From: an uncultured Acidobacteriota bacterium
GTDB taxonomy: Bacteria > Acidobacteriota > Blastocatellia > RBC074
NCBI GenBank assembly: GCA_963796275.1
Contig: CAWCKY010000007.1
Coordinates: 672,001-736,000 of the forward strand
Length of the DNA stretch: 64,000 nt
Reading direction: 5' to 3'
The position numbers and the translations under genes were made by a program. Position 1 is the first letter of the stretch; every line of letters starts with the position of its first letter. Below the pieces are notes generated by a model. It saw nothing but the letters and a program-made list of their open reading frames with translations, was not told the DNA's origin and did no database searches. Of the stretch, positions 39,354-49,881 are shown piece after piece.

Positions 39354-39903
39354 GGGGTAGTAGCTAACCGATAAAGAGTTACTGCAACGACTTTCGCATT
39401 ATCGGGGATCAACCGCTGATTCTTGGTCTCGTACCATTCAGGTGGAGGATCTTTGAAGTCCAGTTCAAAGCTCATGCCGATCTCCTCCACGTTCGCATAG
39501 AGCGGCCCCTCTCCGAAATCGATCCATTTCACAGCATACGTTTTTCTGATATCACCGATTGTTGATGCCACTCCGATGCCATTGGCAGTGCGGAACCTGG
39601 CATCGTTCACCTGGATACTATCTACAACCCACGCGCGGTCTTTATCGATCCCGATAACGAACTGTGGCCGCCCTCTCCTTGCTTCGCCGTATATCTCCAA
39701 TATCGGGGCGAACATTCCCTCCGAGTAGGTAGCAACGAGCTTTGTGGAAGAAGGCTCATATCTGGTGTGTAGATCATCGATCGTCATCCCTATCGCTATC
39801 TCTCCCGCCCGATGCTTCATCAGCAGGAAGTTATCCTGAGCATCCGAACGGGCTGCTCCGAAAAATAGCGCGAGACAGGACAGAGCATTGAGAACCGACG
39901 CAT
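39350..39903 (-). pseudogene. secreted hypothetical protein with an apparent frameshift in its signal peptide
   Basis: ATG 39903 gives MRRFSML; the frame of ORF 39350..39820 continues upstream as LSCLALFFGAARSDAQDNFLL with no start of its own. Confidence 0.55.
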
Positions 39904-39907
39904 ACCA

Positions 39908-40699
39908 TCACACCATCCCTGCTCGCTGGAAGTAGCTTGTCATTAGCTTGATCCCCTCGAGACCGGGAAGGGTGCCCATCTTTTCGTCCACCTCTTTGAC
40001 GAGATGCGAGCCCAGTTCGGCAGGGAAGAGAACGGAGAAGAGACGCTTGACATCGTCAGGGCTTTTGACACCTGCTCCGACAGGGACCCAGTTAAATTCC
40101 AACAGTTTTCTAGCCAGAATCCGAGCGCCGCGCGATTCGCTGAGCAGTTCACGCGCATGATTGAAATACCAGGCGAAATGCCGCCGTTCCTGCTTGGCGA
40201 TCCGGTCGCACAGAACACTGAGTACCGGATTGCGCGTGAATTTGCGTAGATGTTCGTATCCCCTCAATGTCGTCAATTCCTGAATGGCGCCGAAGGAGAG
40301 ATAGACTGCCGGAAATTGATGATAAAAAATACGTGAAAGCAACGGACCGAAGGCCGCCTCTATCAACTCGTTTAACCTCGCCTTCTGCTTCACCTTTTCA
40401 ACGCGATCTTCCTCGAGCGGGTGACCGCAAGCGGCAAGTAGATTGGCCAGTTCGTATCCATGGAAGTATTCTTCGTAACTCCACGTTGTCAGAAATGCCG
40501 CGACCGTCGGTTTGAACGCGATCTTCATCTGCAACAGCATTCTCATGTAACGTATCGTTTGACTCTCGATATCAGAAAAATATGTCAGCACGAATCTCTC
40601 ATCATCATTCAACCCTACCCGCTTCGCTTCTTCCCAGTCCAGGTCGTGCGTCTCGACCTTTGCAGAAACGGCGATATACCGTTCTATCTCTGAATTCAT
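39908..40699 (-). CDS. ferritin-like di-iron protein (acyl-ACP desaturase-like)
   Basis: DIE, WSYEEYFHG, QELTT and IAKQERRH: two ExxH motifs. Confidence 0.8.
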   Translation of the reverse strand: MNSEIERYIAVSAKVETHDLDWEEAKRVGLNDDERFVLTYFSDIESQTIRYMRMLLQMKIAFKPTVAAFLTTWSYEEYFHGYELANLLAACGHPLEEDRVEKVKQKARLNELIEAAFGPLLSRIFYHQFPAVYLSFGAIQELTTLRGYEHLRKFTRNPVLSVLCDRIAKQERRHFAWYFNHARELLSESRGARILARKLLEFNWVPVGAGVKSPDDVKRLFSVLFPAELGSHLVKEVDEKMGTLPGLEGIKLMTSYFQRAGMV

Positions 40700-40832
40700 T
40701 AACCAGCCTCCCGAATTGTTATTGAATAAGCACAGGACTTGACGTCTGCCATTATTACGAGAATTTCCCCGGGAATGGATGCTATCACCGATTCCTTGTG
40801 ATCTATTTCGATGCGGGAAATCCTTGATAATT

Positions 40833-41897
40833 TCAAATATGAATGATCAAGTCGTGGCCGTGCGCATGGGCGTGCAGGTGGCGATCTTCACGCGCCGATT
40901 TTTGTGAGGCCGGAAATTTCTTTCCGGTCAGCTCCTGATAAACCTTTTCCGCTTGCGCGGTAAGTGAGGGACCGACGTAGCGGGCGATGCTAGTATCCGC
41001 CTGTATCTCTTTGCCAATCTGTCCAACGGAATCGCGGATTTGCTGAGCCGTCTTGTTCGCTTGGGCGAGCGCACCGATGCGGTCGCGCAAAGTCTGGAAA
41101 AACTTCTGCTGTGCCGCCAGCAGGTTCTCCGCATCGCGCGGGCCGTGGCCCGGGCAAACTATGCGGGCTCCTAGTTTGCGCGCGGCTTCCAGAGTGGCGA
41201 TCCACTTTTCGACATTTCCGTCAGCTACATAATTGTAGGCGCCATTGACGCACACATCGCCGGTGAAGAGTATCTTCTCCTTTGGCAGCCATGCGAGGGC
41301 ATCGCCGTGTGTATGAGCCACGCCCAGATGGAGTAATTCGACGCGATGTTTACCGTCATCAAAGATCAACTCCCTGGGGAAGAGCAGCGATGGAGGCTTG
41401 AGCTTGCTCGCTTTGACATCCGGACGTTGTATCGCCGTATCCTCCCAGCGCCCCGGCTTATCGCCATAGTAACCTGTCTCGTATTTCTTCATCTCTTCGA
41501 TGACGCCGGTGTGAGCGACCGGCGTGGCGCCGTTTTCATGCCAGACCTGATTGCCATAGGCGTGATCGCCGTGATGATGCGTATCGAACGCGAATCGTAT
41601 CGGCTTGTCGGTCAGTGCGCGAATCTTGGGTAGAATTTCGAGTGCGCCGGAGGGAAAGTTTGCGTCGATCACTAGCACATAATCGTCGAAGATGATCCAC
41701 CCATTATTGCAGTGGCCCTGCACTATAATATTACCCTGATGGAAGTAGACGCCATCTGAAACTTGATCGACCTTTCCGACCTCAGTTTTTGGCGAAGATG
41801 CCAGAACTTCTTTCTCCCAATCTTCCCAGTCATCCATAGTCAGCCCTAAAAGAGCCGCACTTCCATACAATAGTTCGCGACGTGTGACACGCGACAT
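40833..41897 (-). CDS. Tat-exported MBL-fold metallo-hydrolase (cyclase-like)
   Basis: TRRELL signal, THHHGDHAYGN, AHTHGD, LFTGD, PGHG and a His-rich C-terminus. Confidence 0.9.
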   Translation of the reverse strand: MSRVTRRELLYGSAALLGLTMDDWEDWEKEVLASSPKTEVGKVDQVSDGVYFHQGNIIVQGHCNNGWIIFDDYVLVIDANFPSGALEILPKIRALTDKPIRFAFDTHHHGDHAYGNQVWHENGATPVAHTGVIEEMKKYETGYYGDKPGRWEDTAIQRPDVKASKLKPPSLLFPRELIFDDGKHRVELLHLGVAHTHGDALAWLPKEKILFTGDVCVNGAYNYVADGNVEKWIATLEAARKLGARIVCPGHGPRDAENLLAAQQKFFQTLRDRIGALAQANKTAQQIRDSVGQIGKEIQADTSIARYVGPSLTAQAEKVYQELTGKKFPASQKSAREDRHLHAHAHGHDLIIHI

Positions 41898-41989
41898 CTG
41901 TTTTCCTCCCCGAAAATAGTTTTCAGTTTTCAGTTGCTGATCGAGACAGCTCAGCTAAATACTAAAAACCGATATTAACTGCTCAGCCA

Positions 41990-42410
41990 CTTCGCCGCGT
42001 TAGCGGCCGTTGATTGTAGCCGTTGGTTTTAACCCCTTGTCGTTACCCAAAACTGTTGCGATTCGCGATCACCGCTTTTCGCCCTGGTAACGGCGGTAGA
42101 AATTAGCCGGTGGTGAAGCGCAGCGGAACCACCGGTAGCCGTGAGTCCTCACATCGCACACCGGCAGGGGTGCTGGATGGGGGTCTGAAGTGCGAAATCT
42201 TCTTTTCATTGCGCCTGGTCCGGCACCCCTACCGGGGCGCAAAGGCAATAACGACGGGCTGGCCGGTGGTTTCGCTCCGCTACACCGCCGGCTAATATCC
42301 CACTGCGCCTCCGGCGCAAAACCTAAAAGTTTAGGTTTTGATAAGGTTTAACCCACGGGAGGCTTAAGGATATTCCCGCGTCGCGTTAGCGACGCCTGAA
42401 TTCAACTGTT
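41990..42410. repeat. nested REP/REPIN-like palindromic elements
   Basis: ATTAGCCGGTGGTGAAGCGCAGCGGAACCACCGG / CCGGTGGTTTCGCTCCGCTACACCGCCGGCTAAT and CCGGCAGGGGTGCTGGA / TCCGGCACCCCTACCGG arms, inside a CGCGTTAGCG-type element. Confidence 0.75.
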
Positions 42411-42434
42411 GTGACTGAAAACACACAACTTTCA

Positions 42435-42947
42435 TCATTTCACTCCCAGTAGCTCGACATCGAAGAAGAGAGTTGAGCCAGGTGGTATCGGCCCACTTTG
42501 CTTAGACCCGTAACCGAGCTCCGGTGGAATAATCAATCGGCGTTTGCCGCCGACCTTCATGGTCATAATGCCCTCATCCCATCCCTTGATTACTTGTCCC
42601 ATCCCGATCGTGAATTCGAAGGGTTGTTTGTTGTCAAGCGAGCTGTCGAACTTCGTTCCGTTTTGAAGCGTGCCGGTATAATGCACAACCACCGATTGGC
42701 CGAGCGAGGGGCTTCCCCCGGTACCAATGACCTCGTCGATATATTTCAGGCCGGACCCCGTCGTAATCTCTTTGCCCGGCGCTTTGGCGCCCGTTAAGTA
42801 ATGGTAGATGCCGAAGGCAGCTGCGAGCGATAGCACCCAAGGAGCTACGGTCCACAGCAACTTAAAGCCTTTGTGGTGCTGCGTTAGTGCAGATTTCGGG
42901 GTATATCCACGGAATCTCTTCTGTTGTCGATGACGACTCTTTGACAA
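42435..42947 (-). CDS. membrane-anchored FKBP-type peptidyl-prolyl isomerase
   Basis: TTG start after AAGGAG; TM helix; VHYTGTL, FDSS, VIKGWDEG, IPPELGYG and LFFDVEL. Confidence 0.93.
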   Translation of the reverse strand: MSKSRHRQQKRFRGYTPKSALTQHHKGFKLLWTVAPWVLSLAAAFGIYHYLTGAKAPGKEITTGSGLKYIDEVIGTGGSPSLGQSVVVHYTGTLQNGTKFDSSLDNKQPFEFTIGMGQVIKGWDEGIMTMKVGGKRRLIIPPELGYGSKQSGPIPPGSTLFFDVELLGVK

Positions 42948-43103
42948 GGTTGACGCTCCTTTGCATTCGCGGGGCTTGTACGAAGAAATATACCCGGCCC
43001 CGTGCCGCCGCGCAATGGTTGTTTGGCGATAGATCATAACGTAAAGTTGTTGCGAGAACTGTCAGAGCTCTCGCATTCCGATGAATGGGGAAAGGAAAGT
43101 GAA

Positions 43104-44108
43104 ATGCAAATTGGGATGATCGGCCTCGGGAGAATGGGCGCCAATATGGCGCGCCGCCTCATGCGCGGAGGCCACCGGTGTGTGGTGTTCGATCTGAACC
43201 CCGAGAACGTTGAGCTGTTAACGCGGGAAGGTGCAACCGGGGCGACTTCACTCGATGATTTCGTCGGCAAGCTGACTGCCCCACGGGCCGTCTGGTTGAT
43301 GGTGCCCGCTACGGTGGTCGGAAGTGCGCTCGATCAACTCGCCGCGAGGATGCAGAGCGATGACATTATCATCGATGGCGGAAATTCGCATTACATAGAT
43401 GATATCGCCCGCGCGAATGCTTTGCAGTCCAGGGGAATTCACTATCTTGACGTCGGAACCAGCGGTGGAGTCTGGGGGGTGGAGCGCGGTTATTGCTTGA
43501 TGATCGGCGGCTCGCCTCATGCTGTCCTTCACCTGGATCCGATATTCAAGACGCTCGCGCCGGGGCGTGGTGAAATAACGAGGACGCGTGGGCGTGAGAA
43601 TTCGAGCGGCACGGCGGAAGATGGGTATCTGCACTGCGGGTCATCGGGAGCCGGACACTTCGCCAAGATGGTCCATAACGGAATCGAATATGGGCTAATG
43701 GCGGCTTATGCCGAGGGGCTGAACATCCTGCAGCACGCCAATGTTGGGAAAAATGGTGATGAACCCCTATTGCGCCATCCCGAACATTTCCAATATGACT
43801 TCGATCTCAAGGAGATCGCCGAAGTATGGCGCAGAGGCAGCGTTATTTCATCGTGGTTGCTCGACCTGATGGCGATCGCGCTGGTCGAGAATCCGACTTT
43901 ATCGAATTTTTCAGGTCAGGTCGCGGATTCCGGAGAGGGGCGATGGACCGTTGCCGCAGCGATCGACCAGGGATGCCCCGCTCCGGTATTGAGCGCAGCT
44001 CTCTACCAGCGGTTCAGCTCCAGAGACGCGGATGACTTCGCAGAAAAGGTCCTCTCCGCCATGCGGTACCAGTTTGGCGGCCACGTCGAAAGACCGACCG
44101 GCGAATAA
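43104..44108 (+). CDS. gnd: 6-phosphogluconate dehydrogenase, decarboxylating (short YqeC/GntZ type)
   Basis: [36 protein letters not shown] and MRYQFGGH. Confidence 0.95.
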   Translation: MQIGMIGLGRMGANMARRLMRGGHRCVVFDLNPENVELLTREGATGATSLDDFVGKLTAPRAVWLMVPATVVGSALDQLAARMQSDDIIIDGGNSHYIDDIARANALQSRGIHYLDVGTSGGVWGVERGYCLMIGGSPHAVLHLDPIFKTLAPGRGEITRTRGRENSSGTAEDGYLHCGSSGAGHFAKMVHNGIEYGLMAAYAEGLNILQHANVGKNGDEPLLRHPEHFQYDFDLKEIAEVWRRGSVISSWLLDLMAIALVENPTLSNFSGQVADSGEGRWTVAAAIDQGCPAPVLSAALYQRFSSRDADDFAEKVLSAMRYQFGGHVERPTGE

Positions 44109-44159
44109 TTTCAATAAATAGACCGATAAATAGAAACGAAAAAACAAGTAGAAGGTGGT

Positions 44160-44921
44160 GTGATGAGCATTGATATCAAGATTGGCGCGGATGGTGAAGC
44201 GGTGGCGCGAGCTGCCGCCGAGCAGTTTCAGCTCCTGGCGCATGAAACAGTCCAAGCGAAAGGCATCTTTACTGTCGTCCTGTCGGGCGGATCGACTCCC
44301 CGTAATCTCTTTTCTATTTTGGCGAACGATGCCGGAGTCCGCGAACAAATCCCGTGGGAGAATATTCATTTTTTCTGGGGCGATGAACGACACGTCCCCC
44401 CGTATGACGCGGAGAGCAATTATCGGATGGCTAATGATGCGATGCTGTCGAAAGTCCCGGTTCCGCAGGCAAATATTCATCGAATCCCGAGTGAGCTGCC
44501 CGATGCCGGTCTGGCGGCTGACGAATACGAACAGAAGCTGCGTATGTTTTTCCGCCTGAGTGAAGGACAGTTCCCCCGGTTCGACCTGGCTTTTCTTGGT
44601 CTGGGGCCCGACGGTCATACCGCTTCGCTTTTCCCGGGGACAAAGGCGCTGAACGAGCAGCAGCGGCTCGTCGTGTCGAATTGGGTCGGAAAGTTTTATA
44701 CCGACCGGATTACCATGACGGCGCCGGTCTTCAATCATGCGGCCATCGTCGTGTTCCTCGTCGGCGGCGATGATAAGGCGGCGCCCTTGAAAGCGGTTCT
44801 TGAAGGAAACTACGAACCAAATCAATTGCCAGCACAATTGATCGCCCCAAAACAGGGAAGATTGCTTTGGATCGTTGATAGGTCGGCCGCAAGGTTGCTA
44901 AAAAATGTTAAGCCAAAGTAA
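44160..44921 (+). CDS. pgl: 6-phosphogluconolactonase
   Basis: LSGGSTP, FWGDERHVP, SNYRM and LGLGPDGHTASLFP. Confidence 0.95.
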   Translation: MMSIDIKIGADGEAVARAAAEQFQLLAHETVQAKGIFTVVLSGGSTPRNLFSILANDAGVREQIPWENIHFFWGDERHVPPYDAESNYRMANDAMLSKVPVPQANIHRIPSELPDAGLAADEYEQKLRMFFRLSEGQFPRFDLAFLGLGPDGHTASLFPGTKALNEQQRLVVSNWVGKFYTDRITMTAPVFNHAAIVVFLVGGDDKAAPLKAVLEGNYEPNQLPAQLIAPKQGRLLWIVDRSAARLLKNVKPK

Positions 44922-45588
44922 CACAGTCAGTCGGGTCGTCTTTCTATTCGACGTAGACAATACGCTGCTCGACAACGACCGGGTAACGGCCGACCTGAAG
45001 CGGCATCTGGAGAGTGAAGTCGGGCTCGAGCGATCGCAGAGGTACTGGGCGATCTTCGAGCAATTGCGCGGCGAACTCGGTTATGCCGACTATCTCGGAG
45101 CCTTGCAACGCTATAGATTCGAGTATCCGCGCGATCTCCGGCTGCTGACAGTCTCGCGGTTCATGATCGACTATCCCTTCGCGAACCGCCTGTTTCCCAA
45201 CTCCCTCGACGCGGTCGAGTATGTCAAACAATGGGGGCCGGCGGTTATTCTCTCCGATGGCGATGTGGTCTTCCAGCCGCGTAAAATCGAACGATCGGGT
45301 CTTTCAGATGTCGCCGATGGAAATGTCCTCATCTATGTGCATAAGGAGCGGGAGTTGGAGGATGTCGAGCGGCGCTACCCGGCCGATCATTATGTTCTGA
45401 TAGATGATAAGCTGCGTATCCTGACGGAAATCAAGAAAGTCTGGGGAGCGCGTGTGACGACGGTCTTCCCAAAGCAGGGGCACTATGCCCACGACCCGCA
45501 AGTGCTGACCAATTTTCCTCCCGCTGATGTGAGTATCGATCGCATCGGAGAGCTGCTGATTCAAGAAATGCAGAAACTCTGCTCATAA
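44905..45588 (+). CDS. HAD-family hydrolase
   Basis: FDVDNTL motif I, LSDGD and IDDK. Confidence 0.88.
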   Translation: MLSQSNTVSRVVFLFDVDNTLLDNDRVTADLKRHLESEVGLERSQRYWAIFEQLRGELGYADYLGALQRYRFEYPRDLRLLTVSRFMIDYPFANRLFPNSLDAVEYVKQWGPAVILSDGDVVFQPRKIERSGLSDVADGNVLIYVHKERELEDVERRYPADHYVLIDDKLRILTEIKKVWGARVTTVFPKQGHYAHDPQVLTNFPPADVSIDRIGELLIQEMQKLCS

Positions 45589-45697
45589 ACCTATGGTGGG
45601 TTTAGGAAGAGAGAGCAGACCTGGGGCCGCCGTAGATCGCATACCATTCCATTCTAGAGAACAGAAACAACTAATATGTGAGAAGGAGGAGAACGAA

Positions 45698-47341
45698 ATG
45701 AAGACACATCCACTCGCCGGACAACCGGCGCCCGCCCAATTATTAATCGATCCAGTTCAACTGGAGCGCGCTTACTACGATCGCCAACCCGACGCGAGCG
45801 TTCCCGGTCAATTGGTGAGCTTCGGGACAAGCGGACATCGCGGCACATCGCTGGAAGGAAGCTTTAACGAAGCGCATATTCTGGCCATCACACAGGCTAT
45901 TTGCGAGTATCGACGGGGAAACGGGATATCGGGGCCGCTCTTTATGGGAAAAGATTCGCATGCACTGTCTGAGCCCGCACAGCGAAACGCGCTCGAGGTT
46001 CTGGCAGCAAACGGTGTCGAAGTCTTCATACAGCGGGACGATGGATTGACACCGACGCCCGTCATCTCGCGCGCGATTCTGGTTCACAATCGCGAGAATG
46101 GTAATTCTGCGGATGGGATCGTCATTACACCCTCGCACAATCCACCCTCCGATGGCGGCTTCAAATACAACCCTCCGAATGGAGGCCCGGCCGATACCGA
46201 TGTCACCGGTTGGATTCAGAACCGTGCGAACGCACTGCTTCGAACAGGCAACCGGGAAATCAAACGTATACCGGTAGAAGCAGCGCTCAAAGCGGCCACT
46301 ACGCACAAAGAAGATTTTGTAACACCTTATGTCGAGGATCTGGCAAAGGTCGTAGATATGGATGTGATTCGCGCTGAAGGCCTCCGAATCGGCATCGATC
46401 CGCTCGGCGGGGCGTCGGTCGGATACTGGCAGCCGATCAAAGAAGAGTTTGGGCTGAATATCACGGTGGTTAACCCACGGGTCGACCCGGCGTTCGGATT
46501 TATGACCCTGGATCACGACGGCAAGATCCGCATGGATTGCTCGAGCCCATATGCGATGGCCGGACTGGTCGGTCTCAAAGATCGGTTCGATGTGGCCTGG
46601 GGCAATGACCCGGATGCGGACCGTCATGGTATCGTCACGCGCACATCCGGCCTCATGAACCCCAATCATTATCTCGCGGTAGCTATCAGTTATTTGCTGG
46701 CCAATCGGCCGCAGTGGCCGGTTACGGTAACAGTAGGCAAGACGCTCGTCAGCAGCGGTTTGATAGATCGCGTCGTCGGCGATCTCGGACGAAAGTTGAT
46801 CGAAGTCCCCGTGGGGTTCAAATGGTTTGTTCCCTGGTTATTGGATGGCTCGTGTTGTTTTGGCGGTGAAGAGAGCGCTGGTGCGAGTTTCTTGCGCAGA
46901 GATGGGACTGTCTGGACTACAGACAAAGATGGAATCATACTCGGCCTGCTGGCGGCGGAGATCACGGCGCGCACCGGTAAAGACCCGGGCAATCACTATC
47001 TTAATCTGGTGGAGAGATTCGGAAAACCGTACTATACGCGCATTGATGCCCCTGCCTCGGCTGAAGAGAAGAGTAAATTGCGATCGTTATCTCCGGCCAA
47101 TGTTACGGAAACGGATTTAGCGGGCGAGCCTATCACGGCTAAACTGACGAACGCGCCCGGTAACGATGCGGAGATCGGCGGTTTGAAGGTCGTCGCGCGA
47201 AACGGCTGGTTCGCCGCGCGGCCTTCCGGTACCGAGAACATCTATAAACTTTATGCGGAGAGCTTCAAGAGTCAGGATCATCTTGATGCGATTGTGGAAC
47301 AGGCGCAGAAGATTATCGGACGAATACTGGAGGGGAAGTAA
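45698..47341 (+). CDS. pgm: phosphoglucomutase (alpha-D-glucose-1,6-bisphosphate-dependent)
   Basis: [27 protein letters not shown] and RPSGTE. Confidence 0.96.
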   Translation: MKTHPLAGQPAPAQLLIDPVQLERAYYDRQPDASVPGQLVSFGTSGHRGTSLEGSFNEAHILAITQAICEYRRGNGISGPLFMGKDSHALSEPAQRNALEVLAANGVEVFIQRDDGLTPTPVISRAILVHNRENGNSADGIVITPSHNPPSDGGFKYNPPNGGPADTDVTGWIQNRANALLRTGNREIKRIPVEAALKAATTHKEDFVTPYVEDLAKVVDMDVIRAEGLRIGIDPLGGASVGYWQPIKEEFGLNITVVNPRVDPAFGFMTLDHDGKIRMDCSSPYAMAGLVGLKDRFDVAWGNDPDADRHGIVTRTSGLMNPNHYLAVAISYLLANRPQWPVTVTVGKTLVSSGLIDRVVGDLGRKLIEVPVGFKWFVPWLLDGSCCFGGEESAGASFLRRDGTVWTTDKDGIILGLLAAEITARTGKDPGNHYLNLVERFGKPYYTRIDAPASAEEKSKLRSLSPANVTETDLAGEPITAKLTNAPGNDAEIGGLKVVARNGWFAARPSGTENIYKLYAESFKSQDHLDAIVEQAQKIIGRILEGK

Positions 47342-47566
47342 GTCCGGCATTGGGAGATTCCTGCCAAACTAAGTCTTTGTGTGACAGGGGAACCGTCTTC
47401 CGTCGAATGTTTAATTGGCATGCACCGGCCGAGCATTCGTGAGCATCAGAATATGACAAGGACGAAGGACACTCGCGAATTGAGCGATCGAGGCGTGGGG
47501 TCTTGAGATTCGGCTCCGAACTACTCCCGACTACCTCTACTTAATCGACGCTCTGTGAAGTAGAAT

Positions 47567-49288
47567 GTGTCGGTGAATCCACGGAATAGAAGTTATATGG
47601 TGAAAGGTCAGCCGTATCAGATATGCGCGCCGTTGATCTTAATGTTGGTTCTCATCGGATACGCGGTCGCCGATGATAACTCCTTCCGGCCGATAATCAG
47701 GTATCGAATCGAGATCGATCTGGACTACAGCGGCGCGAAGTACAAGGGCCGTGAAATTGTCCGATATGTCAATTCAACCCGCGAAGAGCTGGAGAGCCTC
47801 AACTTTCAACTTTACCCGAATGTCGGACTTACTGAAGAGGATGAGCCCTCGCTACTGGTTCAACGTGTCAGCCTGGGTTCGCGCGAATTGAAATTCAGTC
47901 TGCGTTCGCGCAACACCGCCATAAAAGTCGATCTGCCGAGCAGACTGGCTCCCGGTAAGAGCATCGAGCTGACGCTTGACTTCGCCGCCCGCATCCCTCG
48001 CATGCAGCGGGAAGAGGCGAGCCTGCTCGCACATTTTTTGCATGAGGTTAATGATGCGGTAAGCGATGAGAACCAGCCGCGCGATGCTCGCGACATCTTC
48101 TTTGCGGGGGAAGAGGCTATGCTTCTGGGCTACTTCTATCCGGTCCTTACACAGCGAGATATGCAATCGACAGATCCAAGTCTCGCCTCTGGCGTGAACG
48201 GAATAGCCTTCAGCGAGGTCGCCGATTATGACGTGACATTGAAAACATCCGACGGTGTGACGGTTATTGGATCCGGAGCGAAATTCGGCCCGCTGCCGGC
48301 CGAGAGCCGGACATCGAAGAAGATGGTCTCATACAATTTCCGCGGCGAGAAGATGAGAGGATTCGCCCTGGCTCTCGCAGAGCGCGTTAAGAGCATCGAT
48401 CAAAAAGTGGGGAGCGTACGCGTCGTCTCTTACTTCCGAGAAGGCGATGAGCGATTGGGCAGGCGGGCGCTCAACATCGCCACGCTCGCTATCGAGGCTT
48501 ATACAAAGGCATTCGGCGAGTACGCGTATCCGATCCTGCAGGTTATCGAGCTGCCATTGCCGGCGGGCTACAGCGGGATCGAGTTTCCGGGCCTCGTCGG
48601 GCTGGCGCAGGCATACTACATCGACTTCGATGATCCTCAGGCAGCGCGTCTGCCCAATGTATTGAAGGAACAGGCCGATGTGATCAAATCTTCGTTCGAG
48701 TTCACTCTGGCGCACGGGATCGCTAATCAGTGGTGGGGTGAGATTGTAGGCAGTGATTCGGATCGGACTCCCTATGTCGGTGAAGCGCTCGCGACTTTTG
48801 CGGCTGCTTATTACCACGAGGTCGCGTATGGCAAACAACTGGGCGATCTGATAATCGAACAGCAACTACGCGGTGCGTACCAGGCATATCGAATGCTCGG
48901 AGGTATCGATCAGGAGGTGGACAAGCCGGCGAAAGAATTTAGGAGTGCGCTTCAATATACGGCTATCGTGCAGGCGAAAGGGGCACTCCTATTTGTGGCT
49001 TTACGAAATGAGCTGGGCGATGAGCAGTTTTTCGATGCGTTGCGCTATTATTTCAAGGTGAACAGCTTCCGAATTGCCACGCCGGAAAACCTGCGCTACG
49101 CTTTCCTGGCGTCGGCCAACGACCCCCGCCCGGTGCGAGCGCTCTTCCAGCGATGGTTGAAGGAGAAGCATGCTGATGAGGATATCGGCACATCCGATCT
49201 AACTTTATTGCCGCCTCCGGTCTCCAAAATACGCACATTGGGCAGAGTCTTTATCAAGATTGGGCGCACGGCGGCGCGGCCGTTCTAG
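47567..49288 (+). CDS. M1-family aminopeptidase homolog with degenerate catalytic motifs
   Basis: FGEYAYP, SGIEFP, AHGIANQWWG (vs AHExAHQWWG), EALATF and VQAKGA. The start is uncertain. Confidence 0.8.
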   Translation: MSVNPRNRSYMVKGQPYQICAPLILMLVLIGYAVADDNSFRPIIRYRIEIDLDYSGAKYKGREIVRYVNSTREELESLNFQLYPNVGLTEEDEPSLLVQRVSLGSRELKFSLRSRNTAIKVDLPSRLAPGKSIELTLDFAARIPRMQREEASLLAHFLHEVNDAVSDENQPRDARDIFFAGEEAMLLGYFYPVLTQRDMQSTDPSLASGVNGIAFSEVADYDVTLKTSDGVTVIGSGAKFGPLPAESRTSKKMVSYNFRGEKMRGFALALAERVKSIDQKVGSVRVVSYFREGDERLGRRALNIATLAIEAYTKAFGEYAYPILQVIELPLPAGYSGIEFPGLVGLAQAYYIDFDDPQAARLPNVLKEQADVIKSSFEFTLAHGIANQWWGEIVGSDSDRTPYVGEALATFAAAYYHEVAYGKQLGDLIIEQQLRGAYQAYRMLGGIDQEVDKPAKEFRSALQYTAIVQAKGALLFVALRNELGDEQFFDALRYYFKVNSFRIATPENLRYAFLASANDPRPVRALFQRWLKEKHADEDIGTSDLTLLPPPVSKIRTLGRVFIKIGRTAARPF

Positions 49289-49398
49289 TTGGAGAAATCA
49301 AAAGGCAAAAACCAAAAGGCGGATGGCCGCGCGTGTGGGCCCAACATTTTTGATTTTGCCTTTGGTTTTTGCCTTTTGCCTGCTGATTTCTCTATTAT

Positions 49399-49749
49399 TT
49401 AGCCGGGAGGCCAGGTCATTACGCGGCCTCCTAACAAATGCACGTGCAGATGCCACACTGTCTGTCCCCCGTTCTCTCCGGTGTTGATCACTGCGCGGAA
49501 GCCATTCTCGGCTAGCCCGAATTGATTGGCGATCTTGGGAGCGAGGCGCAGCAGGTGACCGAGAAGGGCCTCATCACCCTGAGCTATGTCATTTAGCGAT
49601 TCAATATGTTCTTTGGGCACGATCAAAACGTGCGTCGGGGCCTGCGGATTAAGGTCGCGAAAGGCATAAGCCTGATCATCTTCGTACACTTTAGTCGATG
49701 GTATTTCGCCGGCGACGATCCTGCAGAATGTGCAATTGCTTTCCAACAT
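49399..49749 (-). CDS. hinT: histidine triad (HIT) nucleotide-binding protein
   Basis: CTFCRIV, FRDLNPQAPTHVLIVPK and GQTVWHLHVHLLGGR. Confidence 0.95.
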   Translation of the reverse strand: MLESNCTFCRIVAGEIPSTKVYEDDQAYAFRDLNPQAPTHVLIVPKEHIESLNDIAQGDEALLGHLLRLAPKIANQFGLAENGFRAVINTGENGGQTVWHLHVHLLGGRVMTWPPG

Positions 49750-49881
49750 TTATTCTCCTGTATTAAATCTTAAACGAGTATTTACATCGCGCAGATACTA
49801 ACATATTTCGATTCACCCGCAAGAAAAGAAATGTTGATTTATGCCCGTTTTAGCGATTATGGCAACATTAGGAGGTCGGAT

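Noticed and set aside
39908-39910. Selenocysteine recoding of the TGA
   Set aside because: No recognisable SECIS hairpin or redox motif. A 1-bp frameshift in the downstream gene explains the pattern more simply.
49295-49385. Short heptamer-like inverted repeats (also 29155-29220, 41915-41975, 50725-50830, 22470-22560) as novel elements
   Set aside because: Low-complexity intergenic hairpins, most likely terminators or mRNA stabilisers, with nothing further to support a distinct function
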